A stretch of 64,000 nucleotides of DNA from an uncultured Candidatus Rokubacteria bacterium (GCA_963754315.1 CAVWFS010000019.1:480001-544000); one strand, 5' to 3'. Counted from the stretch's first letter, positions 48,810 through 60,067 are shown. The notes: generated by a model from the letters alone, not told the origin. Translations and numbers: made by a program.

Positions 48810-49907
48810 ATGACCCAGCGACGAATTCGCGCCGTCTTCATGCGAGGCGGTACCAGCCGCTGCCTCTTCTTCCACGAGGCCGACCTGCCCGAGGCGGGTC
48901 CCGAGCGGGACCGGATTCTTCTGAGCGCGCTGGGCAGCCCGGATCCCAGCGGGCGTCAGCTCAACGGCCTGGGCGGCGGCATCTCGTCGCTTTCCAAGGC
49001 ATGCATCATCGGGCCGGCCACCCACCCCGAGGCTGATGTGGACTTCACGTTTGCCCAGGTCGAGGTGCGCGTGCCCGTGGTCGACTACAAGGCCAACTGC
49101 GGCAATTGCTCGTCGGCCGTCGGGCCCTTCGCTATCGACGAGGGCCTCGTCAAGGCGATCGACGGCGAAACGTGTGTCCGCATCTACAACACCAACACGC
49201 ATAAGCTCATCGTGGCCCGTGTCCCCGTGAAGGATGGCGAGGCGGCGGTGGAGGGCGACTTCGCCCTGGCGGGTGTCCCGGGACTGGGCGCGCGTATTGC
49301 GCTCGACTTCCTCGAGCCGGGCGGGGCCGGCACCGGACGTCTGCTTCCCAGTGGAGCGTCGCGTGAGGTGGTGGGTGGTCTAGAGGCCACCATGGTGGAC
49401 GCCTCCAACCCCGTGGTGTTCGTTCGCGCCAAGGACCTCGGCCTCATCGGCACCGAGAAGCCAGAGGCCATCGACGCCGACGGTCCCCTGAGCGCGCGGC
49501 TGGAAGCCATCCGGGTGGAGGCGGCCGAGCGAATGGGGATCCCTGGCAGCACGTCGGTACCGAAGGTGGCCATGGTGGCGCGCCCCACGTCGTTTGCCGC
49601 TCTCGACGGCACCACCCACCACGAGGACGACGTCGATGTCGTCGCGCGCGTGATCTCCATGGGAAACTGCCACCGCGCTTTCGCGCTGACGGCCGCCATG
49701 TGCCTGGCCGTGGCCGCTCGCGTCGAGGGCAGCGTGGTTCAGGAGTGCACGGCGTCCGCGCGCGGCGACGTCCGCCTCGGCCATCCCTCCGGCATCCTGC
49801 CCATTGCCGCCTCCGTCAGCACGCGTGACGGTCGGCCGTGGGCCGAGAAGGTCACGGTGTATCGCACGGCGCGCCGTCTCATGGAAGGGTTCGTGAGAGT
49901 GCCGTGA
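48810..49907 (+). CDS. prpF: PrpF family (methyl)aconitate isomerase
   Basis: MRGGTSR, GSPDP, SSLSK, NCGN, RTARRLMEG. Confidence 0.88.
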   Translation: MTQRRIRAVFMRGGTSRCLFFHEADLPEAGPERDRILLSALGSPDPSGRQLNGLGGGISSLSKACIIGPATHPEADVDFTFAQVEVRVPVVDYKANCGNCSSAVGPFAIDEGLVKAIDGETCVRIYNTNTHKLIVARVPVKDGEAAVEGDFALAGVPGLGARIALDFLEPGGAGTGRLLPSGASREVVGGLEATMVDASNPVVFVRAKDLGLIGTEKPEAIDADGPLSARLEAIRVEAAERMGIPGSTSVPKVAMVARPTSFAALDGTTHHEDDVDVVARVISMGNCHRAFALTAAMCLAVAARVEGSVVQECTASARGDVRLGHPSGILPIAASVSTRDGRPWAEKVTVYRTARRLMEGFVRVP

Positions 49908-49947
49908 CCGAGGACGGCGGCGCCCGCTGAGCCCCGCGGGCGACACC

Positions 49948-51315
49948 ATGGACCGCTTCTACCGGGGGCTCCGTGCCGTCGGCCGCTTCTGGCTGTGGTT
50001 CTTCTTCAAGCGCGTGGACGTGCGTCATCTCGAACGCGTCTCTATCGACGGGCCCGTACTCCTGTGCATCAACCACCCCAATAACCTGATCGACTCGCTG
50101 CTGGTCAGCGCCGTCCTCCCCCGCAAGGTGCACTACCTGACCACGGCCGCGCTCTTCCGGAATCCTCTCTTGGCCCGCTTCCTCCGGGCAGTCGGCGCCA
50201 TCCCCGTGTACCGCCGTCAGGACGATCCCGATAAGATGGATCGCAACGTGGACGCCTTCGCCGCCTGCCACGCCGCCTTCGACGGCGGTCACGTGGTCGC
50301 CATCTATCCGGAAGGCACCACCCACGCCGAGACGCGGGTTCAACGCATCAAGACCGGCGCCGCCCGCATCGCGCTCGAGTACGAAGAGCGCCGGCCCCAG
50401 GCCCTCGTCCTCCTTCCCCTCGGCCTGACCTTCGAGGCACGCAAGTCGTTTCGCGCACGCGTGCTCGTCTCATTCGGGCCGCCGCTGCCGGTTCATCCCT
50501 ACCTCTCCGCCTATCGGGAGGATCCGGCCAAGGCGGTGGACGGGCTCACCACTGCCATCCAGTACGCCATGGAAGCCCAGGTCGTCCATGTCGACCGAAT
50601 CGACGACACTGCCATCATCCGAGCCGTCGAGCAGCTCTATCGTGACGAGCTGGTGCGAGAGCTCCGCGAACAGCGCGGGGTCGGGGACCAAGAGGTCGAC
50701 ATGCTGCGCCTCTCTCGTTCAATCGTCGACGCCGTCCATCACTTCAAGACGCGCGACCCCGAGCGGGTCACGCAAATCTGGCAGAGCATCCAGGGGTACC
50801 GTGCCCTGCTCGCGGAGTATCGTGTGCGCGACGAAAGCGTGCGCGCGCGCCTGAGCCGGCCACGTTTGCCGCGTCGGCTGCTCACACCCTGGGAGGCCGT
50901 GCTGGGCTTCCCCATCTTCGCCTATGGGGCCCTCGTCAACGCCCTGCCCTACTACGTGCCCCGCTGGCTGGCTCAGCAGACAGCGCGCAAGGAGACCGAC
51001 TACGCCACCACCCGCTTTCTCGCCAGTATCGTGGCCTATCCCGTATTCTGGGGACTCGAGATCTGGCTGGTGTGGCTCGCCCTGGGCTGGCGCCTGGCGC
51101 TGCTGTTCGCGCTGACGTTGCCCGTCAGCGGGCTGATCGCCTACCGCTACCTGGTCGGGGCCGGCCGGTTGCGCAGCCAGTTCCGGCTCGGCATGCTTGC
51201 CCTACGTCAGGGGGCGGTGGCCAAGCGGTTGGTGGCCGAACGGCAGGAGTTGATGGCCAAGCTGGAGCGCGCCAAGAACGACTACATGGCCGCCAGCAGG
51301 AGGAGCACGTCGTGA
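49948..51315 (+). CDS. PlsC-family acyltransferase with C-terminal TM segments
   Basis: NHPNNLID (HxxxxD), IPVYR, YPEG, KTGAARI. Confidence 0.88.
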   Translation: MDRFYRGLRAVGRFWLWFFFKRVDVRHLERVSIDGPVLLCINHPNNLIDSLLVSAVLPRKVHYLTTAALFRNPLLARFLRAVGAIPVYRRQDDPDKMDRNVDAFAACHAAFDGGHVVAIYPEGTTHAETRVQRIKTGAARIALEYEERRPQALVLLPLGLTFEARKSFRARVLVSFGPPLPVHPYLSAYREDPAKAVDGLTTAIQYAMEAQVVHVDRIDDTAIIRAVEQLYRDELVRELREQRGVGDQEVDMLRLSRSIVDAVHHFKTRDPERVTQIWQSIQGYRALLAEYRVRDESVRARLSRPRLPRRLLTPWEAVLGFPIFAYGALVNALPYYVPRWLAQQTARKETDYATTRFLASIVAYPVFWGLEIWLVWLALGWRLALLFALTLPVSGLIAYRYLVGAGRLRSQFRLGMLALRQGAVAKRLVAERQELMAKLERAKNDYMAASRRSTS

Positions 51316-52262
51316 GCGTGTACCGGCTGGAAGAAATGTCGATGCCCGGCCTCGACGCGCTGGACCGCGCGCGCACCTTGGTGATCCTCACCGTGAGCCC
51401 GCTCGAGGAGCACGGGCCGCACCTGCCCTTGGGGGTGGACGCCTTCACCGCGCGGTACTTCGCGGAGCTGATCGCGGACCGCCTGGTGACGGCCCGATCC
51501 GGATGGTCCGTCGTGCTTGCTCCCACCTTGTACCTCGGCTCCTTCACTTTCGAGGCGGTGGGCACCGTGAGCGTCCGCCAGCGGGTTGTGCGTGACGCCG
51601 TTGTTGACTACGGACTGTCGCTAGCCCGCGGCGGCTTTCGCTACATTCTCGTCGCCAACGGCCATGCCGGCCCGACCCACCTCACCGCGCTCGACGAGGC
51701 ATCGGCCATGGTGGCCCGGCGCCATCGCGTCACCATGGCCTCCCTGAGCGGTCACCTCGCCTGGGGCTTTCGCAATGGCCGATTCCTCGATGACGTCCAG
51801 GGCGCATTGGGACGTCCGCTGAGCGAGGCCGAGCGCAAGGCCTTTGCCGAAGACGCCCATGGAGGCTGGTGGGAGACGTCGATGATGTTGATGCTCCATC
51901 CACACCTGGTCGACGGAATCTATCGCGATCTTCCTGCCGCGATCTACTCGCTGCCCGCGCGGCTTCGACCCAACTACCCGTTGCGCGATGGGGGTCAGGG
52001 GTACGTGGGCCATCCCGCCATGGCCGACGTCGATTTCGCCAAGGCCACCACCGAGGTCCTCGTGAACGCCAGCCTCGAGCTGGTCAACGGCCTCATCGAC
52101 GGCACCGTCGAGGCCTCTCGGCGGCGCTCGCCGTTCAGTCTCGTCCCCTTCTTCCGCACAGACTTCTGGCCAGTCGCGGCGGGCGGCGCCGCTCTCGCCG
52201 TCGCCGTGCTCTCGACGGCAGCCCTCGTCCGGTATCGCGCGCATCACCGCCGCTCGTCGTGA
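51312..52262 (+). CDS. Creatininase family protein
   Basis: EEHGPHLPLGVD, NGHAG, HGGWWETS; GTG overlaps the previous stop. Confidence 0.88.
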   Translation: MSVYRLEEMSMPGLDALDRARTLVILTVSPLEEHGPHLPLGVDAFTARYFAELIADRLVTARSGWSVVLAPTLYLGSFTFEAVGTVSVRQRVVRDAVVDYGLSLARGGFRYILVANGHAGPTHLTALDEASAMVARRHRVTMASLSGHLAWGFRNGRFLDDVQGALGRPLSEAERKAFAEDAHGGWWETSMMLMLHPHLVDGIYRDLPAAIYSLPARLRPNYPLRDGGQGYVGHPAMADVDFAKATTEVLVNASLELVNGLIDGTVEASRRRSPFSLVPFFRTDFWPVAAGGAALAVAVLSTAALVRYRAHHRRSS

Positions 52263-53005
52263 TCGACCTCGAGTCGAACGACGGGGTGACCTGGCTGTAT
52301 CTGAATCGTCCCGCGGCGCTCAACGCGCTGAACCGCCCGTTGACGGCCGCCCTCGATCACGCGCTGGACGAGGTCGCGGCGCGAGAGGACGTCCGCGTCC
52401 TCATCGTGGCCGGCCGCGGCCGCGCCTTCTGCGCGGGTAACGACATTGCCGAGATGGCCACGCTCTCCCCGAGCGATGCCGAAGCGCTGGCTACGACTCA
52501 AGCGCACCTCATGGAACGTTTCGCTCGGTTGCCCCAGGTGACCTTGGCGGCCGTGGAAGGCCACGCGCTCGGCGGCGGCTGCATGCTCGCCCTTGCCCAG
52601 GACCTCCGCCTCGCCTCCGACCGTGCACGCTTCGGCCTGCCCGAAGTCACGCTCGGCTTCAATCCTGCCTACGGCATCGCGCGCCTGCTCGACGTGGTGG
52701 GCGGCGGCGTGGCCCGTGAACTCCTGCTTACACCACGTGTCCTGCGCGCGCAGGATGCACTACGCCTTGGTCTGGTGAACCGCGTGGTGGCGGCGGCGAC
52801 CCTGCACGAGACCGCCGACATGTGGGCGAGGGAGATCGCCCGAGCACCGCGCGCTGGCCTGGCCGCCACCAAGCGCATCGTCGCGAGTCTCCGCTCCGGC
52901 CAGGCGGGGCGCGAGCCCGAGGCGTACGCAACGGCGCTGGGCACCGTCGAGGCCCAAGCGCGGCTGCAGGCCTTTCTCGCGCGCAGGAGCCTCCCGCACT
53001 GTTGA
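52259..53005 (+). CDS. Enoyl-CoA hydratase/isomerase
   Basis: LNRPAALNAL, AFCAGND, ALGGG, FGLPEV. Confidence 0.9.
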   Translation: MIDLESNDGVTWLYLNRPAALNALNRPLTAALDHALDEVAAREDVRVLIVAGRGRAFCAGNDIAEMATLSPSDAEALATTQAHLMERFARLPQVTLAAVEGHALGGGCMLALAQDLRLASDRARFGLPEVTLGFNPAYGIARLLDVVGGGVARELLLTPRVLRAQDALRLGLVNRVVAAATLHETADMWAREIARAPRAGLAATKRIVASLRSGQAGREPEAYATALGTVEAQARLQAFLARRSLPHC

Positions 53006-53133
53006 GAACGCTGGCCGCTCGCCTCCGGGTAGAGCCGCATCTCGACCTTGAACTGATCCATCGCGACCATTCTGATCCCGCCACTCGAATGCCCGCAAGA
53101 CGTATCAGAAAGCCGACACCAGGGTCTGATCGA

Positions 53134-53565
53134 TCAGCGGGCCTGGATGTATTCCTTCAGGTAGCGGTTTTCGTACTCGGTCTCCTCGAGACACGCCTTG
53201 ACGACGTCGCCGATGGAGATCAGGCCTGCGATGCGGTCGCCGTCCACCACGGGCAGGTGACGGACACGATTGTTCGTCATGATGCCCATGATGTAGCCGA
53301 GGTCGTCGTCGGGGACCCCCACCAGGACCTCCTGCGTCATGGCCTCGCCTACCGAGATCTGCGCGAGCGGCCTGGCACTGTGGTGGCACTCGCGGAGGAC
53401 GTCGCGCTCGCTGATGATGCCGACCGGGTGGCCGTCGTCGTCCAGCACCAACAAGGCGCCGACCTGGAACCGCACGAGCAGAGCAAGGGCTTCCTTGACC
53501 GTGCGGTGGGGCCCGACCGAGTACACCTGGCTACCTTTGACCTTGAGGACGTCCCGGATCTTCAT
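53134..53565 (-). CDS. CBS domain protein
   Basis: VGIISERD, RVRHLPV, SIGDVVK. Confidence 0.92.
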   Translation of the reverse strand: MKIRDVLKVKGSQVYSVGPHRTVKEALALLVRFQVGALLVLDDDGHPVGIISERDVLRECHHSARPLAQISVGEAMTQEVLVGVPDDDLGYIMGIMTNNRVRHLPVVDGDRIAGLISIGDVVKACLEETEYENRYLKEYIQAR

Positions 53566-53662
53566 GGCGTCACCTCCCGGGAGCGGACCTAAGGGACTGG
53601 TCCCGCAAACGCTAGTCCGGCCCAGCCCCGGTCAAGCGTCATGAGCGTACCCAACGCCGTCC

Positions 53663-54730
53663 TCACCCTTCCAGCAAGGTCACGCCGGCGCCGTCACCCA
53701 CGCTGAGGGCAACCTCGGCGCTCTCGGGTAGCGACTGCACGACGTCGGTGGTGGTCACGAGCAGCTCACCCACCTCAGTCGCAACGACGTATTCCGCGTA
53801 GGTCCCGAGATACGCCGCCCGCACGATCCGGCCGGGAAGTTCGGAGGCCGACGCAGGCCCACGCGTGAGCCGAATGGCGTGGGGACGGATGGCGACCTCC
53901 ACCTCCCCCTCGGGCAGCCCGCGGTGCGGGAGCACGCACTCGATGGACCCGATCACGACCCGGCCCTGGCCGCCGTCCCCGTGAATCAGTCGCCCCTTGA
54001 TCAGATTCGCCTCGCCCATGAAGCTGGCCACAAAGCGGTCGCGCGGGCGCTCGTAGAGATCGCGCGGGGAGCCCTCCTGGGCGATCATCGATCGACTCAT
54101 GACGATGATGCGATCGGAGAGGGCCATCGCCTCCTGCTGGTCATGGGTCACGTAGATCACCGTGAGCTCCAGACGCTGCTGCAGATCGCGGATCTCCTGG
54201 CGCATCTGACGACGGAGTCCCGCATCAAGGTTGGAGAGCGGCTCGTCGAAGAGCAGGACCCGGGGCTCGAGGACAAGGGCCCGTGCGACCGCCACCCGCT
54301 GCTGCTGGCCGCCCGACAGCTCGCTCGGCAGCCGTTCGTCCAGTCCATTCAATCCAACGGTGGCCAGCACCTGTTGAGCCGTCGCGTGGGCCTGGCGGCG
54401 AGGCTGGCCCGACACCACGAGGCCATAGGCAACGTTGTCGAGCACGGTCAGGTGTGGGAAGAGGGCGTAGCTCTGGAAGACCATGCTCACATCGCGCGCG
54501 CTGGCCGGCTGACGAGTCACGTCTTCCTCGCCGATCAGAATCTGCCCGCTGGTCGGCAGTTCGAGGCCAGCCACGAGGCGGAGCGTGGTCGTCTTGCCGC
54601 AGCCCGACGGCCCCAGCAGGGTGACGAGCCACCCGCTCTCGACGACGAAGCTCACCTCGTGCACAGCGGTGACCGCGCCGTAGCGCTTGCTGACCTTGCG
54701 CAGCTCCACGCGGGCCGCCCGTCCACTCAC
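53663..54730 (-). CDS. ABC transporter ATPase (FbpC/AfuC type)
   Basis: [36 protein letters not shown]-like tail. Confidence 0.93.
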   Translation of the reverse strand: MSGRAARVELRKVSKRYGAVTAVHEVSFVVESGWLVTLLGPSGCGKTTTLRLVAGLELPTSGQILIGEEDVTRQPASARDVSMVFQSYALFPHLTVLDNVAYGLVVSGQPRRQAHATAQQVLATVGLNGLDERLPSELSGGQQQRVAVARALVLEPRVLLFDEPLSNLDAGLRRQMRQEIRDLQQRLELTVIYVTHDQQEAMALSDRIIVMSRSMIAQEGSPRDLYERPRDRFVASFMGEANLIKGRLIHGDGGQGRVVIGSIECVLPHRGLPEGEVEVAIRPHAIRLTRGPASASELPGRIVRAAYLGTYAEYVVATEVGELLVTTTDVVQSLPESAEVALSVGDGAGVTLLEG

Positions 54731-56930
54731 GAGGCGCGCGCTCCCGCCGCCAGCGTTGCCGGCACCCGCCGCCCGAGCCGCCGCTCCCCGACGAGAAGCT
54801 GAATGAGCAGAATGGCGGCTAGCATGAGCACGATGAGCACCGAGCTGTACGCGATGGCCACCCCGTAGTCGCCGTTCACGACCCGGTTGATAATGTAGGT
54901 CGTGGCCAGGTCGTACTCGGCGGAGACGAGAAAGATGACGGCGCTCACGGTCGTCATGGCGCGCACGAAGCTGTAGACGAGCGCCGCCACGAGCGCCGGC
55001 CGCAAGAGGGGAAGGATTACCCGGCGCAGCGTGGTGGCGCTGCCACCCCCAAGGTGAGGGAGGCCTCGTCCAAGCTCGGGTCGATCTGGCTCATGGCCGC
55101 CACCCCGGCCCGAATTCCCACCGGCATGTTGCGGAAGATGAAGCAGATGACGAGGATTGCCCCGGTTCCCGTCAGCTCGAGCGGCGGAACGTTGAACGCG
55201 AAGATGTAGCTGAGGCCGATCACGGTGCCTGGAATGGCAAAGCTGAGCATGGTGACGAACTCGAAGACCGAGCGACCGTGAAAGGGTTGGCGGACGAGCA
55301 CGTAGGCGATCAGCAGACCCAACGCGGCGGTCAACGGAGCGGCCACGCTCGCCAGCTCCAAGGTCGTCCACAGCGAGTGCCAGGCTGATCCGGACCAGAG
55401 AAGTCCGTGCGGCGTCGACTCGATGGCAAACGCTTTCGCGTAGTGGCGTAAGGTGGGCCGAAAGTCGCGCCCCCACACTTCGGCGAATCCGCCGGCCAGG
55501 GCCAGCGCATAGACGAACGCGGTGAGAGCCGCCCACGGGATCGCCACCGCGAACGTCAGCCGGCGTACTCCGTTCGGCAGCGGGGCCGCGACGCCGGCGT
55601 CACCCTTGCCGGAGACTCCCGTGTAGAGGCGACGCCCCAGGACCCGGCGCTGCAACATGAAGGCGCCCAGCGCGAACGCGAGCAGGATCAAGGCGAGGGC
55701 GGCTGCGCGCCCATGGTCGAGCTGGGCCCCCACCACGGAGAAGAAGATCTCGGTGGAGAGGACGGCGAAGTTGCCCCCGAGGACAATGGGGTTGCCGAAG
55801 TCCGCGATGCTCTCCACGAACCCCACCAGAAAGGCGTTGGCCAGGCCCGGCCGCATGAGGGGCAGAGAAACAGTACTGAACGTCTGCCAGCGGTCGGCCC
55901 GTAAGGTCTGCGCCGCCTCCTCGAGGGTGGGGCTCACCCCCTGGACGACGCCGAGGAGGACGAGGAACGCCACCGGCGTGAAGGCAAAGAGCTGAGCCAT
56001 CCACACGCCCTGAAAGCCGTAGATCCAGCGTGACGGCGGGATGTCCAGGAGACGCTCGAGCAACTGGTTGACGAGGCCCGCCCGCCCGAAGACCAGGATC
56101 AGGCTGAGCCCGATCACGAAGGGTGGGGTGATGATCGGCAACACCGTCAGGACGCGAAGGAGTCCCCGTACACGGACCGTCGTCCGTGTCACGATCAGCG
56201 CAAAGGCCAGCCCGAGCGCTGTGGTCCCCGTCGCCGTGAGCAGCGCCAGGAACAAGGTGTTCCAGGCCACGCCACATCGCGAACCACCGAACAGGCACCC
56301 CACGCTCCAGATCTTCTCGGCGAGGATCCTGGAGCCGAGGGCTGCCACCGAGAATTCATTGGACCGCGTCTGAACGGCGCTCGCCAGGACACGCACGAGA
56401 GGGAACACGGTAAAGAGCGTGACGAGGAGCAGCACGACGGCCACCGCGCTTGCCACGAACGCGTCACCCCGGAACGCGCCGCGCAGGGCCAGCCCCTGCG
56501 CCAGGAGCAGCACGAAGGCAGCCACCACGACCAGCGCGCCGATCCCCATGCCTCCCTGCCCCTCGTCCAGTGGACGGCCGAGAAGATCAGCGAGGAACGG
56601 CCACGACCAACCGCGCAGGCCTATGGCAAATCCCTGACCGAACGTCACCAAGAGCCCGACCGCCCCCGCCAGGGTCAGTACGAGACCGCGCTCGGCACGA
56701 CCGCGCAGGACCAGCCCCGTCGCCGCGAGGAGGAGAGGGAGCAGTGGCAACCACAACCATGGCCGATGAAAACGCGCGGCTTGCACCAGCGCAGACGCGA
56801 CATCACGCTCGGTCGCCCAACCGGCCAGCCAGCTCAGGCGCCAGAAGCTGTCGCTCAGCGCGTACCAGGGCACGAGCGCGTACCCGGCCATCCCCCCCAG
56901 CAGGCAGGCGAGGGTGCCACGCGACGAGGG
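54727..56930 (-). CDS. ABC transporter permease (FbpB/AfuB type), one frameshift near 55050; start uncertain
   Basis: Two EAA loops (LEEAAQTLRA, LDEASLTLG); frames join at a C-run. Confidence 0.87.
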
Positions 56931-56937
56931 CGCGCCG

Positions 56938-57963
56938 CTACTTCGGAAGACTGTTGACGTCCTTCTCCCAGCGCTCCAGGAGGCGACGGCGCTCGGCCGA
57001 GCCGCCATACTTGGCGAAGTTGTAATCGATGAGCTTCATCTCGGTCAGCTTGGGCGCCTGGGGCGGCAACGGCGCCGATCGGTTGGAAGGGACCTGATAC
57101 TGCTTGGCCTCGGCGCCGATGCGCTGGGCATCGGCGGTGAGGGCCCAATCGGCCCAGCGCCTGGCGTTGGCGAGATTGCGTGCACCGCGAATCACGCTCA
57201 TGGATCCAATCTCGTAGCCAGTTCCTTCGCAGGGCGCTGCCACTTTCACGGGGAACCCGGCCACCGCCTCGGTGATGCCGTCGTGCATGAAACTGATGCT
57301 GACCCCTGTCTCCCCGCGGCCGACCGCCTTGATAGGCGCCGTGCCGGAGCGCGTGTATTGATTCACGTTGCGGTGAAGCTGCTTCAGATATTCGAAGGCT
57401 TTCTCCTCACCCATGATCTGCACGACGGTGGCGACGGCCGTATAGGCGGTACCCGAAGAATTGGGATTGGCGATCTGAATCTCGCCACCGTACTCGGCTT
57501 TCACAAGGTCGGCCCAGCACGCGGGTGTCGCGAGCTTCTTGCGTGCGAGCAGCTCGGTGTTGTAGCCGAAGCCCAGGGCGCCGGCGTAGATGCCGACCGT
57601 GCGATAGCCAGACTGCTCGGCCTGTTTGCGCGCCCAGTCGTGGAGCTGGTCGAGGTTGGGCGATCGATAGACCTCCGTCAGCTGCTCTTCCGCGGCCTGC
57701 AGGTGGGGATCGCCCGTGCCCCCCCACCACACGTCACCCTTGGGATTGGCCGCCTCCGCCTTGATCTGGGCCAATGTCTCCCCCGAACCTTTCTGAGTCA
57801 CCGCGACCTTGATACCGGTCTGGCGCTGAAACGCGTTGGCCATGGCCTGGCACCACTCGGCCTGCACGCTACAGTACACGGTGAGCGAGCCCTGCCCGGC
57901 CGCCGCGCCCGGGAAGAGAAGCAGCCCGAGGGCGAGGAACGCCACGACGATGTGGAAGTTCAT
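56938..57963 (-). CDS. ABC substrate-binding protein (AfuA/FbpA family; iron or sugar-phosphate, not resolved)
   Basis: LTVYCS, KGSGE, DVWWGG, NPNSSGTAY, YEIG; TATAAT-N7-ATG. Confidence 0.9.
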   Translation of the reverse strand: MNFHIVVAFLALGLLLFPGAAAGQGSLTVYCSVQAEWCQAMANAFQRQTGIKVAVTQKGSGETLAQIKAEAANPKGDVWWGGTGDPHLQAAEEQLTEVYRSPNLDQLHDWARKQAEQSGYRTVGIYAGALGFGYNTELLARKKLATPACWADLVKAEYGGEIQIANPNSSGTAYTAVATVVQIMGEEKAFEYLKQLHRNVNQYTRSGTAPIKAVGRGETGVSISFMHDGITEAVAGFPVKVAAPCEGTGYEIGSMSVIRGARNLANARRWADWALTADAQRIGAEAKQYQVPSNRSAPLPPQAPKLTEMKLIDYNFAKYGGSAERRRLLERWEKDVNSLPK

Positions 57964-58005
57964 GCGCGGGATTATACCCGCCTCCGGATCGCTCTCGGTG
58001 ATGCG

Positions 58006-59265
58006 TTACGGTCGAGAAAGCGGTCGCGGTCGCCCTGCCGTCGCCGCGGTCCGTCGAGGGCGCAGCGTGGCGAGAAGGAAGCGCGCGGCCATCACGAGCT
58101 TGCGCTGTCGCAGGCTCTCCTCACCCAGGGCGACCGCCGCGAAGAGCCGACAGAGCTCGCGATCGGCGGCGGCAGTGCGGATGACTCGATCGACGAGACG
58201 CGGGTGGGCAAAGAGCCGACGCTGGATGCGCACGGAATCCGTCAGCTCCTCGCCGATCTCACGCTGCCACGCGACCTGGTACGCGGCGAGACGCGCGGCA
58301 GAAACATCGCCCTCGGCGAGGGCACGGGCTGCGGCGTCGCCCGCGAGTTGCCCGGTAACCATGGCGTAGTAAATACCCTCTCCCGTGTACGCATTGACGA
58401 AGCCGGCCGCGTCGCCGGCAAGAAGGATACCGTCGGCATATGTCCGAGCGAGGGGGCCACCCAGCGGAAGTCGAAACGCCTTGAAGTTCGCCTGATTCGA
58501 GCGTCCATTCACCCAGTTCTTGTCCACGGCCTCTTCCAGGAAGCGGCGATGGTGCTCGTAGGGCGTGCCCGACAGCTCGCGTTTGAAAAACGATAGAAGA
58601 AAGCCCACGCCGGCATCAACGTGCGCCGTCTTCGGGAAGACATAGCCGTACCCGGGCCAGCCCTTGTAGCCGTAGGCGACGTACATGGTGTCGGAATCGA
58701 CGGCGGACAGCTCTGTCAGCTCGGTCTCCTCCATGGTATCGATGGCCAGACCGTCGTCCGCGAAACCTCGCGTGAGACCGGCCGCCCGCGAGACGATGCT
58801 GTTCACGCCGTCGGCGCCGATGACGATCCGTGCGCGAATGGCCGTGCCCGCGATCGTCCGCACCGTGAGCCCCTCGTCTGTCTGATCAATGTCGGACACC
58901 CGCTCACCTTCGACGACCTCGGCCCCGCCGGCGCGCGCAGCGGCGAGAAGGGCGGCGTCGAACTCCGTTCGCCGCAAGGTCACGTAGAAGGGCGACTCGG
59001 AGGTGGCGAGCACGGTGGCGCCCCCGGGCGACTCCATCAGGACCTTGCGGATCTCGTGGATGGCCACAGTCGAACGCAAGCGTGTCCTGAGATCAGGAAA
59101 CCGACGGAACACGCTGAACCGGATACCGCCGCCGCATGGTTTGTCGCGGGGAAACCGCTTCTTGTCGAGCAGGACCACCCGGACACCGCGAGCCGCGAGG
59201 GTCAGCGCCGCCAGCGAACCCGCCGGCCCTCCCCCGACGACGACAACGTCAGCGCTTCGCGTCAC
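58006..59265 (-). CDS. Geranylgeranyl reductase-family FAD oxidoreductase
   Basis: VGGGPAG, FPRDKPCGGG, GADG, GYGYVFP, GDAAG, GEGIYYA. Confidence 0.9.
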   Translation of the reverse strand: MTRSADVVVVGGGPAGSLAALTLAARGVRVVLLDKKRFPRDKPCGGGIRFSVFRRFPDLRTRLRSTVAIHEIRKVLMESPGGATVLATSESPFYVTLRRTEFDAALLAAARAGGAEVVEGERVSDIDQTDEGLTVRTIAGTAIRARIVIGADGVNSIVSRAAGLTRGFADDGLAIDTMEETELTELSAVDSDTMYVAYGYKGWPGYGYVFPKTAHVDAGVGFLLSFFKRELSGTPYEHHRRFLEEAVDKNWVNGRSNQANFKAFRLPLGGPLARTYADGILLAGDAAGFVNAYTGEGIYYAMVTGQLAGDAAARALAEGDVSAARLAAYQVAWQREIGEELTDSVRIQRRLFAHPRLVDRVIRTAAADRELCRLFAAVALGEESLRQRKLVMAARFLLATLRPRRTAATAGRPRPLSRP

Positions 59266-60067
59266 GCTCGCGCGCGAGCCAGTGTTGGGCCACCTCGACG
59301 GCGGTGGCCCACCAGACACCCTCGTGCCCCTTCATGAAGCGGATGAGCTGGCGCAGGCACAAGAGTCGCGACGGATGTCCGATGACCTGGGGATGACAGG
59401 TCAGGTTGTAGAGGCCGCCCCACTCGTAGGCTCCGAGGAACTCATCGCGCCAGATACCGTAGACAGCCTCCGCGCTTTGCAGGGGCCGGGGAAGATAGGT
59501 CGGATGAAACAGCCAGTAGGGCGCGTCGTCCAAGGTCCACTGCACGGGCAGCTCCACCACGCCTGTGGTCGGGTGGACGTAGGGGAAGACATCGTCCATG
59601 AGATTGCTCGAGTAGATCATGCCATGCTGGCGCACGAGCTCGAGGGTGAGGGGCGTGAGATCCCACGCCGGCGCTCGGTAGCCGGCCGGCTTGACACCGA
59701 GCACCGAATCGAGCGCCTTCATGCCCCGGTCGAATGCGTGCCGCTCCGCGTCTGGCTCCTCCGGCTTGGCGCGCTCGTGCAGGTAGCCATGGTGACCGAT
59801 CTCGAAGCCAAGGTCGCGAATCTTCCGGCACGGATCAGGATGATGCTCGGCCACCCACCCGGGGATGAAGAACGTGGCGGGCACCCGCTCCTGGGCGAGG
59901 ACGTCGAGCAGCCGCGGGACCCCGACCTGGGCGCCGTAACGGCCCTGAGAGAGCACGCCCGGCCGCGTCGAGTGGGACGGATCACGCGAGAGCCAGCCAC
60001 TCTCGGCGTCGAAATCGAAGGTGAGCATGACCGCGATGCGCGCGCCGCCTGGCCACGGTGAGGCCAT
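59249..60067 (-). CDS. Polysaccharide deacetylase (PuuE-like)
   Basis: LTFDFD, ATFFIPG, HHGYLHE, GYRAP, HPQVIG. Confidence 0.9.
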   Translation of the reverse strand: MASPWPGGARIAVMLTFDFDAESGWLSRDPSHSTRPGVLSQGRYGAQVGVPRLLDVLAQERVPATFFIPGWVAEHHPDPCRKIRDLGFEIGHHGYLHERAKPEEPDAERHAFDRGMKALDSVLGVKPAGYRAPAWDLTPLTLELVRQHGMIYSSNLMDDVFPYVHPTTGVVELPVQWTLDDAPYWLFHPTYLPRPLQSAEAVYGIWRDEFLGAYEWGGLYNLTCHPQVIGHPSRLLCLRQLIRFMKGHEGVWWATAVEVAQHWLARERDAKR

